Shown here piece by piece: positions 55,109-64,000 of a stretch of 64,000 nt of DNA. How positions within the stretch are numbered: position 1 is the first letter of the stretch; each line of letters begins with the position of its first letter. The notes under the pieces were generated by a model. That model ran no database searches. It saw only the letters and a program-made list of their open reading frames with translations, and was not told the DNA's origin. The position numbers and the translations under genes were made by a program. The DNA lies in assembly GCA_037190965.1 (NCBI GenBank), contig JBBCKI010000019.1, positions 1-64,000 of the forward strand. Direction: 5' to 3'. Origin of the DNA: Chthoniobacteraceae bacterium. Lineage in GTDB: Bacteria > Verrucomicrobiota > Verrucomicrobiia > Chthoniobacterales > Chthoniobacteraceae.

Positions 55109-56920
55109 ATGGAAATCTCAACGCACTCTTCGCACTCCGGTGCGGGACATGATGATGGTCATCACGACCATCACGAGCTCGGCTTTTGGAGCAAATATGT
55201 CTTCTCCACCGATCACAAGGTGATCGGTATCCAGTACGGGCTCTCCGGGCTTCTTTTCCTGTTCCTCGGCTTCTGCTTGATGATGCTGATGCGATGGCAG
55301 CTTGCCTACCCAGGCCAGGCACTTCCGTATTTTGGGGCCGTTCTTGCCAAGGTGTTTCCTCAAGAAATGCCCAACGGCATCATGACGCCGGACTTCTATA
55401 ACTCCCTCGGCGCCATGCACGGGACGATCATGGTCTTCCTCGGCATCGTTCCTGTCTCCTTCGCGGCGTTCGGTAACTATGTCGTCCCGCTCCAGATCGG
55501 CGCACCCGACATGGCGTTCCCCAAGCTGAACATGGCAAGCTTCTGGGTATTCTTTATCGGCGGCGTCATCATGCTCATCAGCTTCTTCGTTCCCGGCGGA
55601 GCGGCGAAGAGCGGCTGGACCTCCTATCCTCCTCTTGCCAACATTGCGGACACCGGCCCCGCGTTCCACCACATCTGGAACGGCCAGACGCTCTGGTTGA
55701 TGGGCATGGTCTTCCTGATCACCTCCTCGCTGCTTGGCTCGGTGAACATCATTACCACGGTGATCCAGCTTCGCGCTCCCGGGTTGACCTGGATGCGCCT
55801 CCCGTTCTTCACCTGGGCGATCCTGGTGACCTCCTATATTCTCCTCCTCGCGTTTCCTCCGCTTGAAGCCGCCGGCATCATGCAGTTGATGGATCGTGTC
55901 GCAGGTACCTCGTTCTTCAGTCCGAACGGCTTGATCGTCAGCAGCCTCGGTGGCCAGCTCGACATCAGCGGTGGCGGCAGCCCGCTTCTGTGGCAGCACC
56001 TCTTCTGGTTCCTCGCGCACCCGGAAGTTTACGTTCTTATTCTTCCCGCGCTAGGAATTGTGGCCGAAGTTATCGCCAACAACACCCGCAAGCCGCTCTG
56101 GGGCTACAAGGCGATGGTCTTCTCCGCCCTTTTCCTCGGGTTCCTCTCGTTCCTTGTCTGGGCGCACCACATGTATCTCACGGGCATGGGTACCAAGGTG
56201 AGCGCTTTCTTCCAGACGACCACCATCATGATTTCGGTGCCGTCGGTCATTATTCTCACGGCGCTTCTGATCTCGCTCTGGGGAGGGTCCATCCGTTTCA
56301 CCACGCCGATGCTCTTCGCGACGGCGTTCCTCCCGATGTTCGGCATCGGCGGTCTGACGGGTCTGCCCCTGGCGTTCAACTCGCTGGACGCCTACCTCCA
56401 CGACACCTACTACATCATCGGTCACTTTCACTATATCGTCGCGCCCGGTACGATCTTCGGCATCTTCGCAGGGGTCTACTACTGGTATCCCAAGATGACG
56501 GGCCGCACGATGAGCGACACGCTCGGTAAGCTCCACTTCTGGGGTTCGCTCATTACGATCAACGGCATCTTCTTCCCGATGTTCCTCCAGGGTATGGCGG
56601 GGATGCACCGCCGCTGGTATGACGGCGGCCATGTTTACGAACAGATCAGCGGGCCGATGCTCCACTGGAACAGCTTCATGTCCTGGTCGGCATGGTTGCT
56701 TGGCATTGTTCAGATCTTCTTCATCATCAACGTCTTCTGGAGCATCCGGAATGGCCGCAAGGTGAACACGAATCCCTGGGATGCGACGACCCTCGACTGG
56801 AGCACTCCGTCGCCCCCTCCTCACGGCAACTTCGACAAGCCGGTTACGGTTTATCGTGGGCCGTATGAATACAGCGTCCCCGGTGCCGCTAAGGATTTCT
56901 CTCCCCAGGCAGAAGCATAA
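55109..56920 (+). CDS. coxA: Cytochrome c oxidase subunit I, A1-type
   Basis: Motifs STDHK, MHGT, GWTSYPPL, HPEVY, WAHHM, HDTY, GHFHY; all six His ligands present. Confidence 0.96.
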   Translation: MEISTHSSHSGAGHDDGHHDHHELGFWSKYVFSTDHKVIGIQYGLSGLLFLFLGFCLMMLMRWQLAYPGQALPYFGAVLAKVFPQEMPNGIMTPDFYNSLGAMHGTIMVFLGIVPVSFAAFGNYVVPLQIGAPDMAFPKLNMASFWVFFIGGVIMLISFFVPGGAAKSGWTSYPPLANIADTGPAFHHIWNGQTLWLMGMVFLITSSLLGSVNIITTVIQLRAPGLTWMRLPFFTWAILVTSYILLLAFPPLEAAGIMQLMDRVAGTSFFSPNGLIVSSLGGQLDISGGGSPLLWQHLFWFLAHPEVYVLILPALGIVAEVIANNTRKPLWGYKAMVFSALFLGFLSFLVWAHHMYLTGMGTKVSAFFQTTTIMISVPSVIILTALLISLWGGSIRFTTPMLFATAFLPMFGIGGLTGLPLAFNSLDAYLHDTYYIIGHFHYIVAPGTIFGIFAGVYYWYPKMTGRTMSDTLGKLHFWGSLITINGIFFPMFLQGMAGMHRRWYDGGHVYEQISGPMLHWNSFMSWSAWLLGIVQIFFIINVFWSIRNGRKVNTNPWDATTLDWSTPSPPPHGNFDKPVTVYRGPYEYSVPGAAKDFSPQAEA

Positions 56921-56931
56921 TTTTCTCTACA

Positions 56932-57807
56932 ATGGAAATTCCATATACAGTCAAGCCGAGGCCGGACACGGGTCTCTGGAATGCGAAGATCGGCATCTGG
57001 CTCTTCCTCGCCTCGGAAGTGATGCTCTTCGGCGGTCTCTTTTCGGCATACATTTTCCTGCGTCTCGGCGCGGAACCGGGTTATTGGCCCAAGGGTCTTT
57101 TGAACGTTCCGGTCGGCACCATCAATACGGCCATCCTGATCGCCTCTTCGGTCAGCGTGGTTTTTGCCTGGGCGGCGCTCAAGATGCGGAACTTCAAGCG
57201 GTATCGCCTCTGCATGATGTTCACCCTGTTGTGCGGGGTGGTCTTCCTCGGGGTGAAGCTCGGTTACGAGTGGCCCGCCAAGTACCATCATTTCGGCGCT
57301 TTCATCAAACCGGAAGCCCGTGCCAAGTACGAAGAGTTCCTGGGCAACGAGCACCTGGCTGCGAAGGGGTTGCACCCCCGTGTCGAAATTAGCGGACACC
57401 TGGAGAACCACGACGCCCTGCATGACAAGGAGATCAAGGAATACCACATCCGGCTGGATGCGGTGAACGCGGACCCGACCTCTCCCGCCAACGATCACCC
57501 GCACTTCTGGCCTCGCCCGATGTCGGACAAGGTGGCGCACGTCGCGAAGGAAGACGTCCAGTGGGCAAGCATGTTCCTGCCCAAACACAGCACTTACTTT
57601 GCCGTATACTACACGATCACCGGTCTGCACGGGTTGCACGTCTTGGGCGGTCTGGTCATGTTTGCGTACTTCCTGCTTCCGGTCAGCACGCGCCTTTACC
57701 AGAAGGATCCCGATCATCTGGCGAACCGGATCGAAGTGGTGGGACTTTTCTGGCACTTCGTCGACCTCGTCTGGATTTTCGTTTTCCCGCTGTTCTATCT
57801 CCTCTAG
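56932..57807 (+). CDS. coxC: Cytochrome c oxidase subunit III with an internal soluble insertion
   Basis: Motifs FLASEVMLF, TGLHGLHV, FWHFVDLVW. Confidence 0.92.
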   Translation: MEIPYTVKPRPDTGLWNAKIGIWLFLASEVMLFGGLFSAYIFLRLGAEPGYWPKGLLNVPVGTINTAILIASSVSVVFAWAALKMRNFKRYRLCMMFTLLCGVVFLGVKLGYEWPAKYHHFGAFIKPEARAKYEEFLGNEHLAAKGLHPRVEISGHLENHDALHDKEIKEYHIRLDAVNADPTSPANDHPHFWPRPMSDKVAHVAKEDVQWASMFLPKHSTYFAVYYTITGLHGLHVLGGLVMFAYFLLPVSTRLYQKDPDHLANRIEVVGLFWHFVDLVWIFVFPLFYLL

Positions 57808-57826
57808 CCGATTTTAATCCATCTCT

Positions 57827-58180
57827 ATGAGCGATCCTCATCAACACGGCTCTCCCGCTACCGCGGCCGATCACCCGGTTCCGCATGACGCCGCGCATTT
57901 CCACGACCATTCCAAGCTTTACCTCGGGGTTGGGGCAGCCCTGCTGGTCCTGACGGCGGCCACGGTCGGACTGTCGTATGTTCATTTCGGCTCCGAAGAA
58001 ATGAACATTCTGATCGGCATGCTCCTCGCGACCTTCAAGGCCTCGCTGGTGGCGTTGATTTTCATGCACCTCAAGGAAGAAAAGATGACCATTTACCAGT
58101 TCATGCTCGCGACGATGGTGTTCGTCACCGGGCTGTTCCTTTTGACGCTCCTGGCGTTCAAAGATCACATCGTCCTCTGA
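57827..58180 (+). CDS. coxD: Cytochrome c oxidase subunit IV
   Basis: KASLVALIFMHLK; three TM helices. Confidence 0.88.
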   Translation: MSDPHQHGSPATAADHPVPHDAAHFHDHSKLYLGVGAALLVLTAATVGLSYVHFGSEEMNILIGMLLATFKASLVALIFMHLKEEKMTIYQFMLATMVFVTGLFLLTLLAFKDHIVL

Positions 58181-58225
58181 TCTCACCCACGAATCACGGA
58201 ACCAAACCAAAGAAGAACCCATTTT

Positions 58226-58429
58226 ATGTCACTTCGCGGAGTTCATATCCTCTTCATCCTCCTCAGTGTCCTGCTCTCGTTCCTGCTGGCAGCTTTCGAG
58301 CTGACAGTATACCGGCAGGGTCACGCGTTGGTTGACGGGGTGGTCGCTTCGCTCTCGGCTGCAATTGGGTTGGGTCTCGCGGCTTACGGAATCTGGTTCA
58401 TCCGGAAATCGGGGAAATCCACCGTATGA
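58226..58429 (+). CDS. Small two-TM membrane protein
   Basis: MSLRGVHILFI...; lies in the cox operon and overlaps the next gene (ATGA). Confidence 0.7.
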   Translation: MSLRGVHILFILLSVLLSFLLAAFELTVYRQGHALVDGVVASLSAAIGLGLAAYGIWFIRKSGKSTV

Positions 58430-58701
58430 ACCGCCCTCTGAACATCACGCTTCCTGCCCTTCTGATTTCCATATCGATGAAGGGGAACGCCCTTGCCTGC
58501 GCGGTATGCACCGGCTCGGCCGATGCTCCTATCGCCCCGGCGATGAACGCGTCGATGGTGTTTCTTCTCGCTGCCATCGCGGTTGTCGGCAGCATGTTTT
58601 TCGGTTTTTTAATCTATCTTGCCCGGCGGGACGGCCTGCCTGCAAACGTTAATCAAGAACTCTCCGGGGAGATGGAATCCCCTATCTCTCAACAAAGCTG
58701 A
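58426..58701 (+). CDS. Small membrane protein with CxxC after a signal peptide
   Basis: ALA-CAVC followed by a TM helix; stop is 1 nt before the cox2 start. Confidence 0.7.
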   Translation: MNRPLNITLPALLISISMKGNALACAVCTGSADAPIAPAMNASMVFLLAAIAVVGSMFFGFLIYLARRDGLPANVNQELSGEMESPISQQS

Positions 58702-58702
58702 T

Positions 58703-59518
58703 ATGTTGAATAAATTGTTAGGAATGCCCCTGAATGCTTCCGAGCACGGGTTTCAAGTCGACCAGATGCTCGAGTTTGTGCACTGGATCATGCTGGTGCT
58801 CTTCGTCGGGTGGTCGACATTCTTCATCTTTACTTTGATCCGCTTCCACAAGTCGCGGAACCCGAAGGCGGATTACCACGGCGTAAAATCCAAGGCTTCC
58901 ACTCACATCGAGTTCATGGTGGTGCTGGTGGAGTCGGTCTTTCTGCTCGGGTTCGGTATTCCCCTGTGGGGCAAGCGAGTTAATGGACCAAAGCCGGAAG
59001 GAGGCGACGTGGAACGTGTCCGCGTGGTCGCCGAGCAGTACAAGTGGAACTTTCATTATCCCGGCGCAGACGGGGTGATCGGCCGCCGGAAGACTGAACT
59101 CGTGAGTGCTTCGAACCCTGTAGGGCTCGACTACACGGATCCTGCCGCGAAGGACGATATTGTGACCGCCAACGAGATGCACCTCCCGGTCAACAAAGAT
59201 GTCATCCTGGAGATCAGCTCCAAGGACGTCATTCATAGCCTTTCGCTCCAGTTCATGCGCATCGGCCAGGACGCGACGCCCGGCCTGGTGAGCCCCATCT
59301 GGTTCAAGCCGGTCAGGACCGGCGAGTTCGAGATCATCTGCGGCCAGCTTTGCGGTTACGGTCACTACCTCATGCGCGGAAACATGGTCATTGATTCCGC
59401 CGAGGATTATCAGGCCTGGTTGAAGGAGAAGGCGGCAAATGCCGGCGCTCCTGCTGCACCGGCTGCCGGCGCCGCAACTCCTGCTCCTGCCGCCCCTCCC
59501 GCAGGGGCCGCGCACTAG
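58703..59518 (+). CDS. coxB: Cytochrome c oxidase subunit II (CuA, no fused cytochrome c)
   Basis: QYKWNFHY, DVIHS, CGQLCGYGHYLM CuA motif. Confidence 0.93.
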   Translation: MLNKLLGMPLNASEHGFQVDQMLEFVHWIMLVLFVGWSTFFIFTLIRFHKSRNPKADYHGVKSKASTHIEFMVVLVESVFLLGFGIPLWGKRVNGPKPEGGDVERVRVVAEQYKWNFHYPGADGVIGRRKTELVSASNPVGLDYTDPAAKDDIVTANEMHLPVNKDVILEISSKDVIHSLSLQFMRIGQDATPGLVSPIWFKPVRTGEFEIICGQLCGYGHYLMRGNMVIDSAEDYQAWLKEKAANAGAPAAPAAGAATPAPAAPPAGAAH

Positions 59519-59619
59519 CGGCGGCGTCCACGATGTGGGGCGCCATAGTCGCCCCATCTTCCCACCAGGGGGGAGGCACCGCTTGCTTTCCGCGAAACGT
59601 GTTGAATTATTAGATCTCC

Positions 59620-60588
59620 ATGCAACCGGCTAAACTCTGGCTATCCCGCTACGCAAAGTTCGTCGTCGTCTTCACACTGTTTCTGATTTCAGTGGGTGGC
59701 ACGGTGACGACCAAGAAGGCGGGGCTGGCAGTGCCGGATTGGCCCACCAGCTTCGGGTACAACATGTTCACTCTCCCGTTCCACTTTTGGGAGGGGGACG
59801 CTCTTTTGGAGCATTCGCATCGCCTGGTTGGCTCCGTGATGGGGATGCTGGTCATTGGCCTTTTGATCTGGACGGCCTGCGTGGAACGACGCTCGTGGGT
59901 CAAGCAGCTCACCTGGGTCGCGTTGGTCATGGTGATTGTGCAAGGGATCATGGGCGGGCTGCGCGTCACGGAGCTCTCCATTGCCTGGGCCATCGTCCAC
60001 GGCTGCACGGCTCAAGCCTTTCTTTGTCTTTTGCTCCTGATCGCGGTTGCGCTCTCGCCGGAATGGGACCGTCCTCTGGCTGCTTCGGTGAGCCCGGCGC
60101 GCGTGGCGAATTGGCGGCACTGGGCCTGGATCGTCGTCGGTGCCGTTTTTCTTCAGTTGTTTTTGGGGGCCTTCATGAGGCACATCGATGCCGGGCTGGC
60201 GATTCCGACCTTCCCTCTCACCCCCGAAGGGACCTTCATGCCGACCGTGCATAACAAGCACGTCGATATTCACTTCGCCCATCGTTTCTGGGCTCTGGTG
60301 GTGACGGTGCTTGTTGGAATCCTGACCACCAAGGTGCTCCGGTCCGCATGGGCGGAAAGGCGCTTCCGTCGACCCGCATTGGGCCTCATCGTGCTTCTGA
60401 TCGTTCAGATTGCACTTGGAGCCTCGATTATCTGGACCCAACGCGCTTCCCATCCGACGACTCTCCACGTGGTGAACGGTGCCGTGGTGCTGGCATTGAG
60501 CTTTCTTCTGGGCATTCGGGCGAACCGTTTTTCCAAGGCCCATAACGATCAACCTTTTTCGGCCTCCCCCACGCCGCTTCAAGCATGA
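59620..60588 (+). CDS. ctaA: Heme A synthase
   Basis: Motifs AGLAVPDWP, EHSHR, HFAHR, LHV. Confidence 0.9.
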   Translation: MQPAKLWLSRYAKFVVVFTLFLISVGGTVTTKKAGLAVPDWPTSFGYNMFTLPFHFWEGDALLEHSHRLVGSVMGMLVIGLLIWTACVERRSWVKQLTWVALVMVIVQGIMGGLRVTELSIAWAIVHGCTAQAFLCLLLLIAVALSPEWDRPLAASVSPARVANWRHWAWIVVGAVFLQLFLGAFMRHIDAGLAIPTFPLTPEGTFMPTVHNKHVDIHFAHRFWALVVTVLVGILTTKVLRSAWAERRFRRPALGLIVLLIVQIALGASIIWTQRASHPTTLHVVNGAVVLALSFLLGIRANRFSKAHNDQPFSASPTPLQA

Positions 60589-61520
60589 ACGAAATCACGC
60601 AATTAGAGGGGATGGAGGGTAATCAGGCCCAGCGGCAGGGCTCCATCGAGGAGGCTGGCCTCGCCGGTTTCGTCGGAGACGTCATGCTTCTGGTCAAGGC
60701 GCGTCTGACGCTGCTGGTGGTTATCACCACGTTTGTCGGTTTTTGCATGGCGAGCCGTGGCTCCCTCGACTGGGCGCAACTTGCCCATACCGTGGTCGGC
60801 ACCGCCCTGGTGGCCGCCGCCGCCGCCGCTTTCAATCAGGTGTTGGAGATCAACGTTGACCGCCTCATGGAGCGGACCCGTCAGCGTCCGATCGCCGCGG
60901 GCCGGATGACCAAGAAGACGGCAATCCTGCTCGGTTCGATCATGGCCATCGGGGGCTTTGCCCAGCTCGCCATCGCCACCACGTGGGTCGCCGCTTATCT
61001 CTCGGCGGCTTCATTCCTGATCTACATTCTTTTCTACACTCCGATGAAGCGTCACACGGCGCTTTGCGTGACGATCGGCGCGGTTTCCGGCGCCATTCCG
61101 CCGGTGATCGGCTGGACCGCGGTGGATGGCTCTTTTGGCATCGGCGCGTGGGTGCTGTTCGGGATTCTCTTTGCCTGGCAGATGCCCCACTTTCTTGCGA
61201 TTGCCTGGATGTACCGGGACGAGTATTCGCAAGCCGGGTTTGTCATGCTGCCCAGGAAGGATTTTTCGGGGGCGTGGACAGCGGCTCAGGCGCTTCTTTA
61301 CTCTGTGGCTCTCACGGCCTGCACGCTGGTTCCGTTCTTTACCGGAGAAGGGGGAGCTCTTTATCTCACGGGAGCGCTCGTGTTCGATCTTTTGATGGTG
61401 GCCTGTTCGATCTACTTCATGGTGCAGCGGACACGGCAGGCGGCGCGGCTTCTCTTTTTCTCATCGATCGTGTACCTTCCCGGGCTGCTGTTGTGCCTGA
61501 TGGTTTTTACCAAACCTTGA
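60585..61520 (+). CDS. ctaB: Heme O synthase (protoheme IX farnesyltransferase)
   Basis: Motifs DRLMERTRQRP, YTPMKR, GAIPPVIGW, WQMPHF. Confidence 0.95.
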   Translation: MNEITQLEGMEGNQAQRQGSIEEAGLAGFVGDVMLLVKARLTLLVVITTFVGFCMASRGSLDWAQLAHTVVGTALVAAAAAAFNQVLEINVDRLMERTRQRPIAAGRMTKKTAILLGSIMAIGGFAQLAIATTWVAAYLSAASFLIYILFYTPMKRHTALCVTIGAVSGAIPPVIGWTAVDGSFGIGAWVLFGILFAWQMPHFLAIAWMYRDEYSQAGFVMLPRKDFSGAWTAAQALLYSVALTACTLVPFFTGEGGALYLTGALVFDLLMVACSIYFMVQRTRQAARLLFFSSIVYLPGLLLCLMVFTKP

Positions 61521-61680
61521 TTCGGTCGGTTATAAGCCGGTTCTGAACCGGTCCGAACCTTGCCGCGGAAGGCGGCCTTTTGAAGTCCTGTCAGTGACAC
61601 AGGGGCGCGCGGTGAAACTGTGTGTAGACAGGGAGGAGGGGATCTTCTCCTCCTTTTAACCCTTGGGGAGTCAGCTTTTC

Positions 61681-62328
61681 GTGAAAAAAATCATCTACTT
61701 TATCGCGTTATTGGTGGCGGTTGGAGGGGTCTCCTTGCAGCTCTGGCTGACCAAGCTGAGCCGTGAGCGCTCTGATGTCATTGTGCGCTCCGTCCCCGCT
61801 CAGGAGGGTTTCAGGGAATACTCCACGGTGCCGGATTTCCAGTTTACCGACAGAAGCGGCAAGCCGGTATCGTTGGGCGACCTCAAAGGCAAGGTTTGGC
61901 TGGCGAATTTCATTTACACGACCTGCCCGACCACCTGCCCCATGCTCAGCAACCGGCTTTCGGCTCTTCAGGAAGCGGCGCTCGGAAAGGGAAACGGCGA
62001 CGAAGTCCGGTTGATTTCTTTTTCCGTGGATCCGGACAACGACACGCCGGAAGTGCTCCAGGGGTATGCCACTGCCCTGAAGGCGCAGGACCGCTGGCTT
62101 TTCCTGACCGGTCATAAGCAGCAAATCGAGCGCATCGCCCGGCAAGGGTTCCTGCTTGGGTTCGAGAAAGTCCCGGGAATTTCCAACGACATCAGCCATA
62201 GCACGAAGATCGCGCTGGTGGACCGGAAGGGAGTCGTCCGAGCTTTTTACGATGGGATCGGAGAGAACGACGAAACCCCGAAGATTCTGAAAGACATCGA
62301 CGCCTTGCTCAAGGAGGACGGTAAATGA
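61681..62328 (+). CDS. SCO1/SenC copper chaperone
   Basis: Motifs FIYTTCPTTCP, SVDPDNDT, WLFLTG, HS. Confidence 0.92.
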   Translation: MKKIIYFIALLVAVGGVSLQLWLTKLSRERSDVIVRSVPAQEGFREYSTVPDFQFTDRSGKPVSLGDLKGKVWLANFIYTTCPTTCPMLSNRLSALQEAALGKGNGDEVRLISFSVDPDNDTPEVLQGYATALKAQDRWLFLTGHKQQIERIARQGFLLGFEKVPGISNDISHSTKIALVDRKGVVRAFYDGIGENDETPKILKDIDALLKEDGK

Positions 62329-62768
62329 CGATCAGCGATCTCCCCGCGCTCAATGCCAGTCTCAACTCATTGAGCACACTGTTTCTCCTCTTCGGGTGGT
62401 GGTTCATCCGGAAGGACCGAAAGAAGCAGCACATCACGATGATGGTCTGTGCGCTGGTAACCTCCACGCTCTTCCTGGCCTCGTACCTTACCTACCACTT
62501 CAACGTCGCCGCGGTGACCAAGTTCGAAGCGGAGGGGATTATTCGCCCCATTTATCTGACGATCCTGGCGACTCATGTCGTCCTCGCCATGGTGATCGTG
62601 CCAATGGTGATCATGACCGTTGTTCCCGCGCTGCGCGCCCGATTCGATCGCCATCGGCGGATCGCCCGGTGGACCCTTCCGCTCTGGCTTTATGTTTCCG
62701 TGACCGGGGTGCTTGTCTACTTCATGCTCTACCAATGGTTCCCGCCATCGTCCGTCGCCGCTTCCTGA
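62325..62768 (+). CDS. DUF420 (CtaM-like) membrane protein
   Basis: Motifs LPALNASLN, FLASYLTYH, HRRIARWTLPLWLYVSVTG. Confidence 0.9.
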   Translation: MTISDLPALNASLNSLSTLFLLFGWWFIRKDRKKQHITMMVCALVTSTLFLASYLTYHFNVAAVTKFEAEGIIRPIYLTILATHVVLAMVIVPMVIMTVVPALRARFDRHRRIARWTLPLWLYVSVTGVLVYFMLYQWFPPSSVAAS

Positions 62769-62781
62769 CCCTTATCCCTGT

Positions 62782-64000
62782 ATGAGCGCACATTGGAGCG
62801 AAAAGACCTGGCGAGAACATATCGAGAATCGGCGGCAGCAGTCGGCAGTGTGGCAGTTCATCCATCTGTGCGGCTCGATGAGGCTGGCGATGGTGCTGCT
62901 TTTCACCATCCTCGTGGCGTGCGCGATCGCCACGCTTTACGAATCCAAGTTCACCGCCCAGATCGCCCAGGCTTATGTCTACAAAAGTCAGTGGTTCATC
63001 TTCTGGCTCGCGGTGCTTTGCATCAACCTGTTTTGCGTCACGCTGACGCGCTGGCCTTGGAGACCGAAGCATTGGGGGTTTGTGATCACCCATTACGGCA
63101 TCATTCTCCTGCTGATCGGCGCTGCCGTCGGGCAGAAGCTCGGGTTTGAAGCCAACGTCACGCTGCGGGTTGGCGGAGGGGCGACTCGGGACCTCATCAT
63201 CAACCGGACGATTCTCCAGGTGCAAAGCGGTCAGGACCGGCTGGCTTACAAGATCCCTGTCGACGTTCACATCCGGCCTCCGGTGCCGGAGCGCCCCAAG
63301 GCGATTGCCCTCCCGGCAAGCAAGCTCAAGTTGCGAATCGAAAACTACGCGGAACTCGGGGAAACCCCTGAGCTGGTGGAATCGCCCCTTCCGAAATCGG
63401 GCGCCGGGGTGGCGCTGGAGTTTTCTTCCGGCATGATGGCGCAGAGCGTCCCCGTCAACCTCACGCGTCTTCCGGAGACCGCCAGCAGCAATGACTTTTT
63501 TGGCCGGGCTCGGATCGAACTGGTCGATCAACTGCCGGATCGCTCGGGAGCGCAAGCCCCGGATCTCGCCTTTGAGGAATCGCAGATGGTCTTTGCGCAG
63601 TCCGAGCCGGTTATCTCCACCCGCAAGGGGAAGCCGAGCGGTTATCGGCTGGCGTTGATCATGGAGGGAGCCACGCCTCAGGTGGTCGTGGAATCGCCGC
63701 TTTCGACACCCGCCCCGGGTCACGGGGGCGGAGCGTCACCGCGCCGCGAGATGTTCGAGCTTTCCAAGATTCTCGGCAAGCCGTTCTCCCTTCAGGGGGA
63801 GGCGACGGAGATTCACATCCGGGAGTACTGGCCCGACATGGAATTGCGCGACGGCGTCCCTGTTTCGAAGTCCGACGAACCCAACAACCCCGCCATGCTG
63901 GTGTTGATTTCCGGACAGGGCGCAGGGGAGAAGCCGTTGTTGGAAATCGCAATGGCGGAAGGAGGCGGGATTGTCTATCAGATGAGCCGGGGTGGCGCGG
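62782..64000 (+). CDS. ResB/Ccs1-like cytochrome c biogenesis protein (3' truncated by the window edge)
   Basis: Read from ATG 62782 with no stop found (absent from the ORF track, which needs a stop): GSMRLAMVLL..ATLYES..VYKSQWF..GFVITHYGIILLLIG, then a large periplasmic domain. Confidence 0.8.
   Translation, partial: MSAHWSEKTWREHIENRRQQSAVWQFIHLCGSMRLAMVLLFTILVACAIATLYESKFTAQIAQAYVYKSQWFIFWLAVLCINLFCVTLTRWPWRPKHWGFVITHYGIILLLIGAAVGQKLGFEANVTLRVGGGATRDLIINRTILQVQSGQDRLAYKIPVDVHIRPPVPERPKAIALPASKLKLRIENYAELGETPELVESPLPKSGAGVALEFSSGMMAQSVPVNLTRLPETASSNDFFGRARIELVDQLPDRSGAQAPDLAFEESQMVFAQSEPVISTRKGKPSGYRLALIMEGATPQVVVESPLSTPAPGHGGGASPRREMFELSKILGKPFSLQGEATEIHIREYWPDMELRDGVPVSKSDEPNNPAMLVLISGQGAGEKPLLEIAMAEGGGIVYQMSRGGA

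Overview
A GC-rich bacterial chromosomal segment. Gene content (PEP-CTERM protein, DUF5069-like gene, ACIII-cox cluster) suggests Verrucomicrobiota; this is an inference only. The first 43 kb is mostly housekeeping (mdh, pilC, rpsO-pnp, yicC-gmk-coaC-coaB, TPP riboswitch-thiC, ilvA, nrdR, secA, pyrE, ridA) mixed with signalling and accessory genes, three families of REP/REPIN-like palindromes and one MITE-like element. From 43.7 kb to the end lies a ~20 kb respiratory supercluster: alternative complex III (actABCDEF plus actG-like), a ccoN-like/ccoO-like/cytochrome c trio, an A-type oxidase (cox1, 3, 4, 2) and assembly genes (ctaA, ctaB, SCO, DUF420, ResB-like). The most striking observation is that the full-length CcoN homologue has lost all six heme/Cu histidines and the cross-linked Tyr, so it looks like a catalytically dead oxidase subunit retained between ACIII and the A-type oxidase. 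Other notable items: an Ile-rich leader-peptide attenuator before ilvA, an nrdR with tandem NrdR boxes coupled to a degenerate ATP-cone protein, structured leaders before pnp, cox1 and an RRM gene, and a DMT transporter broken by a single in-frame TAG. No rRNA, tRNA, CRISPR or transposase gene was seen. All family calls are by eye; no database searches were run.
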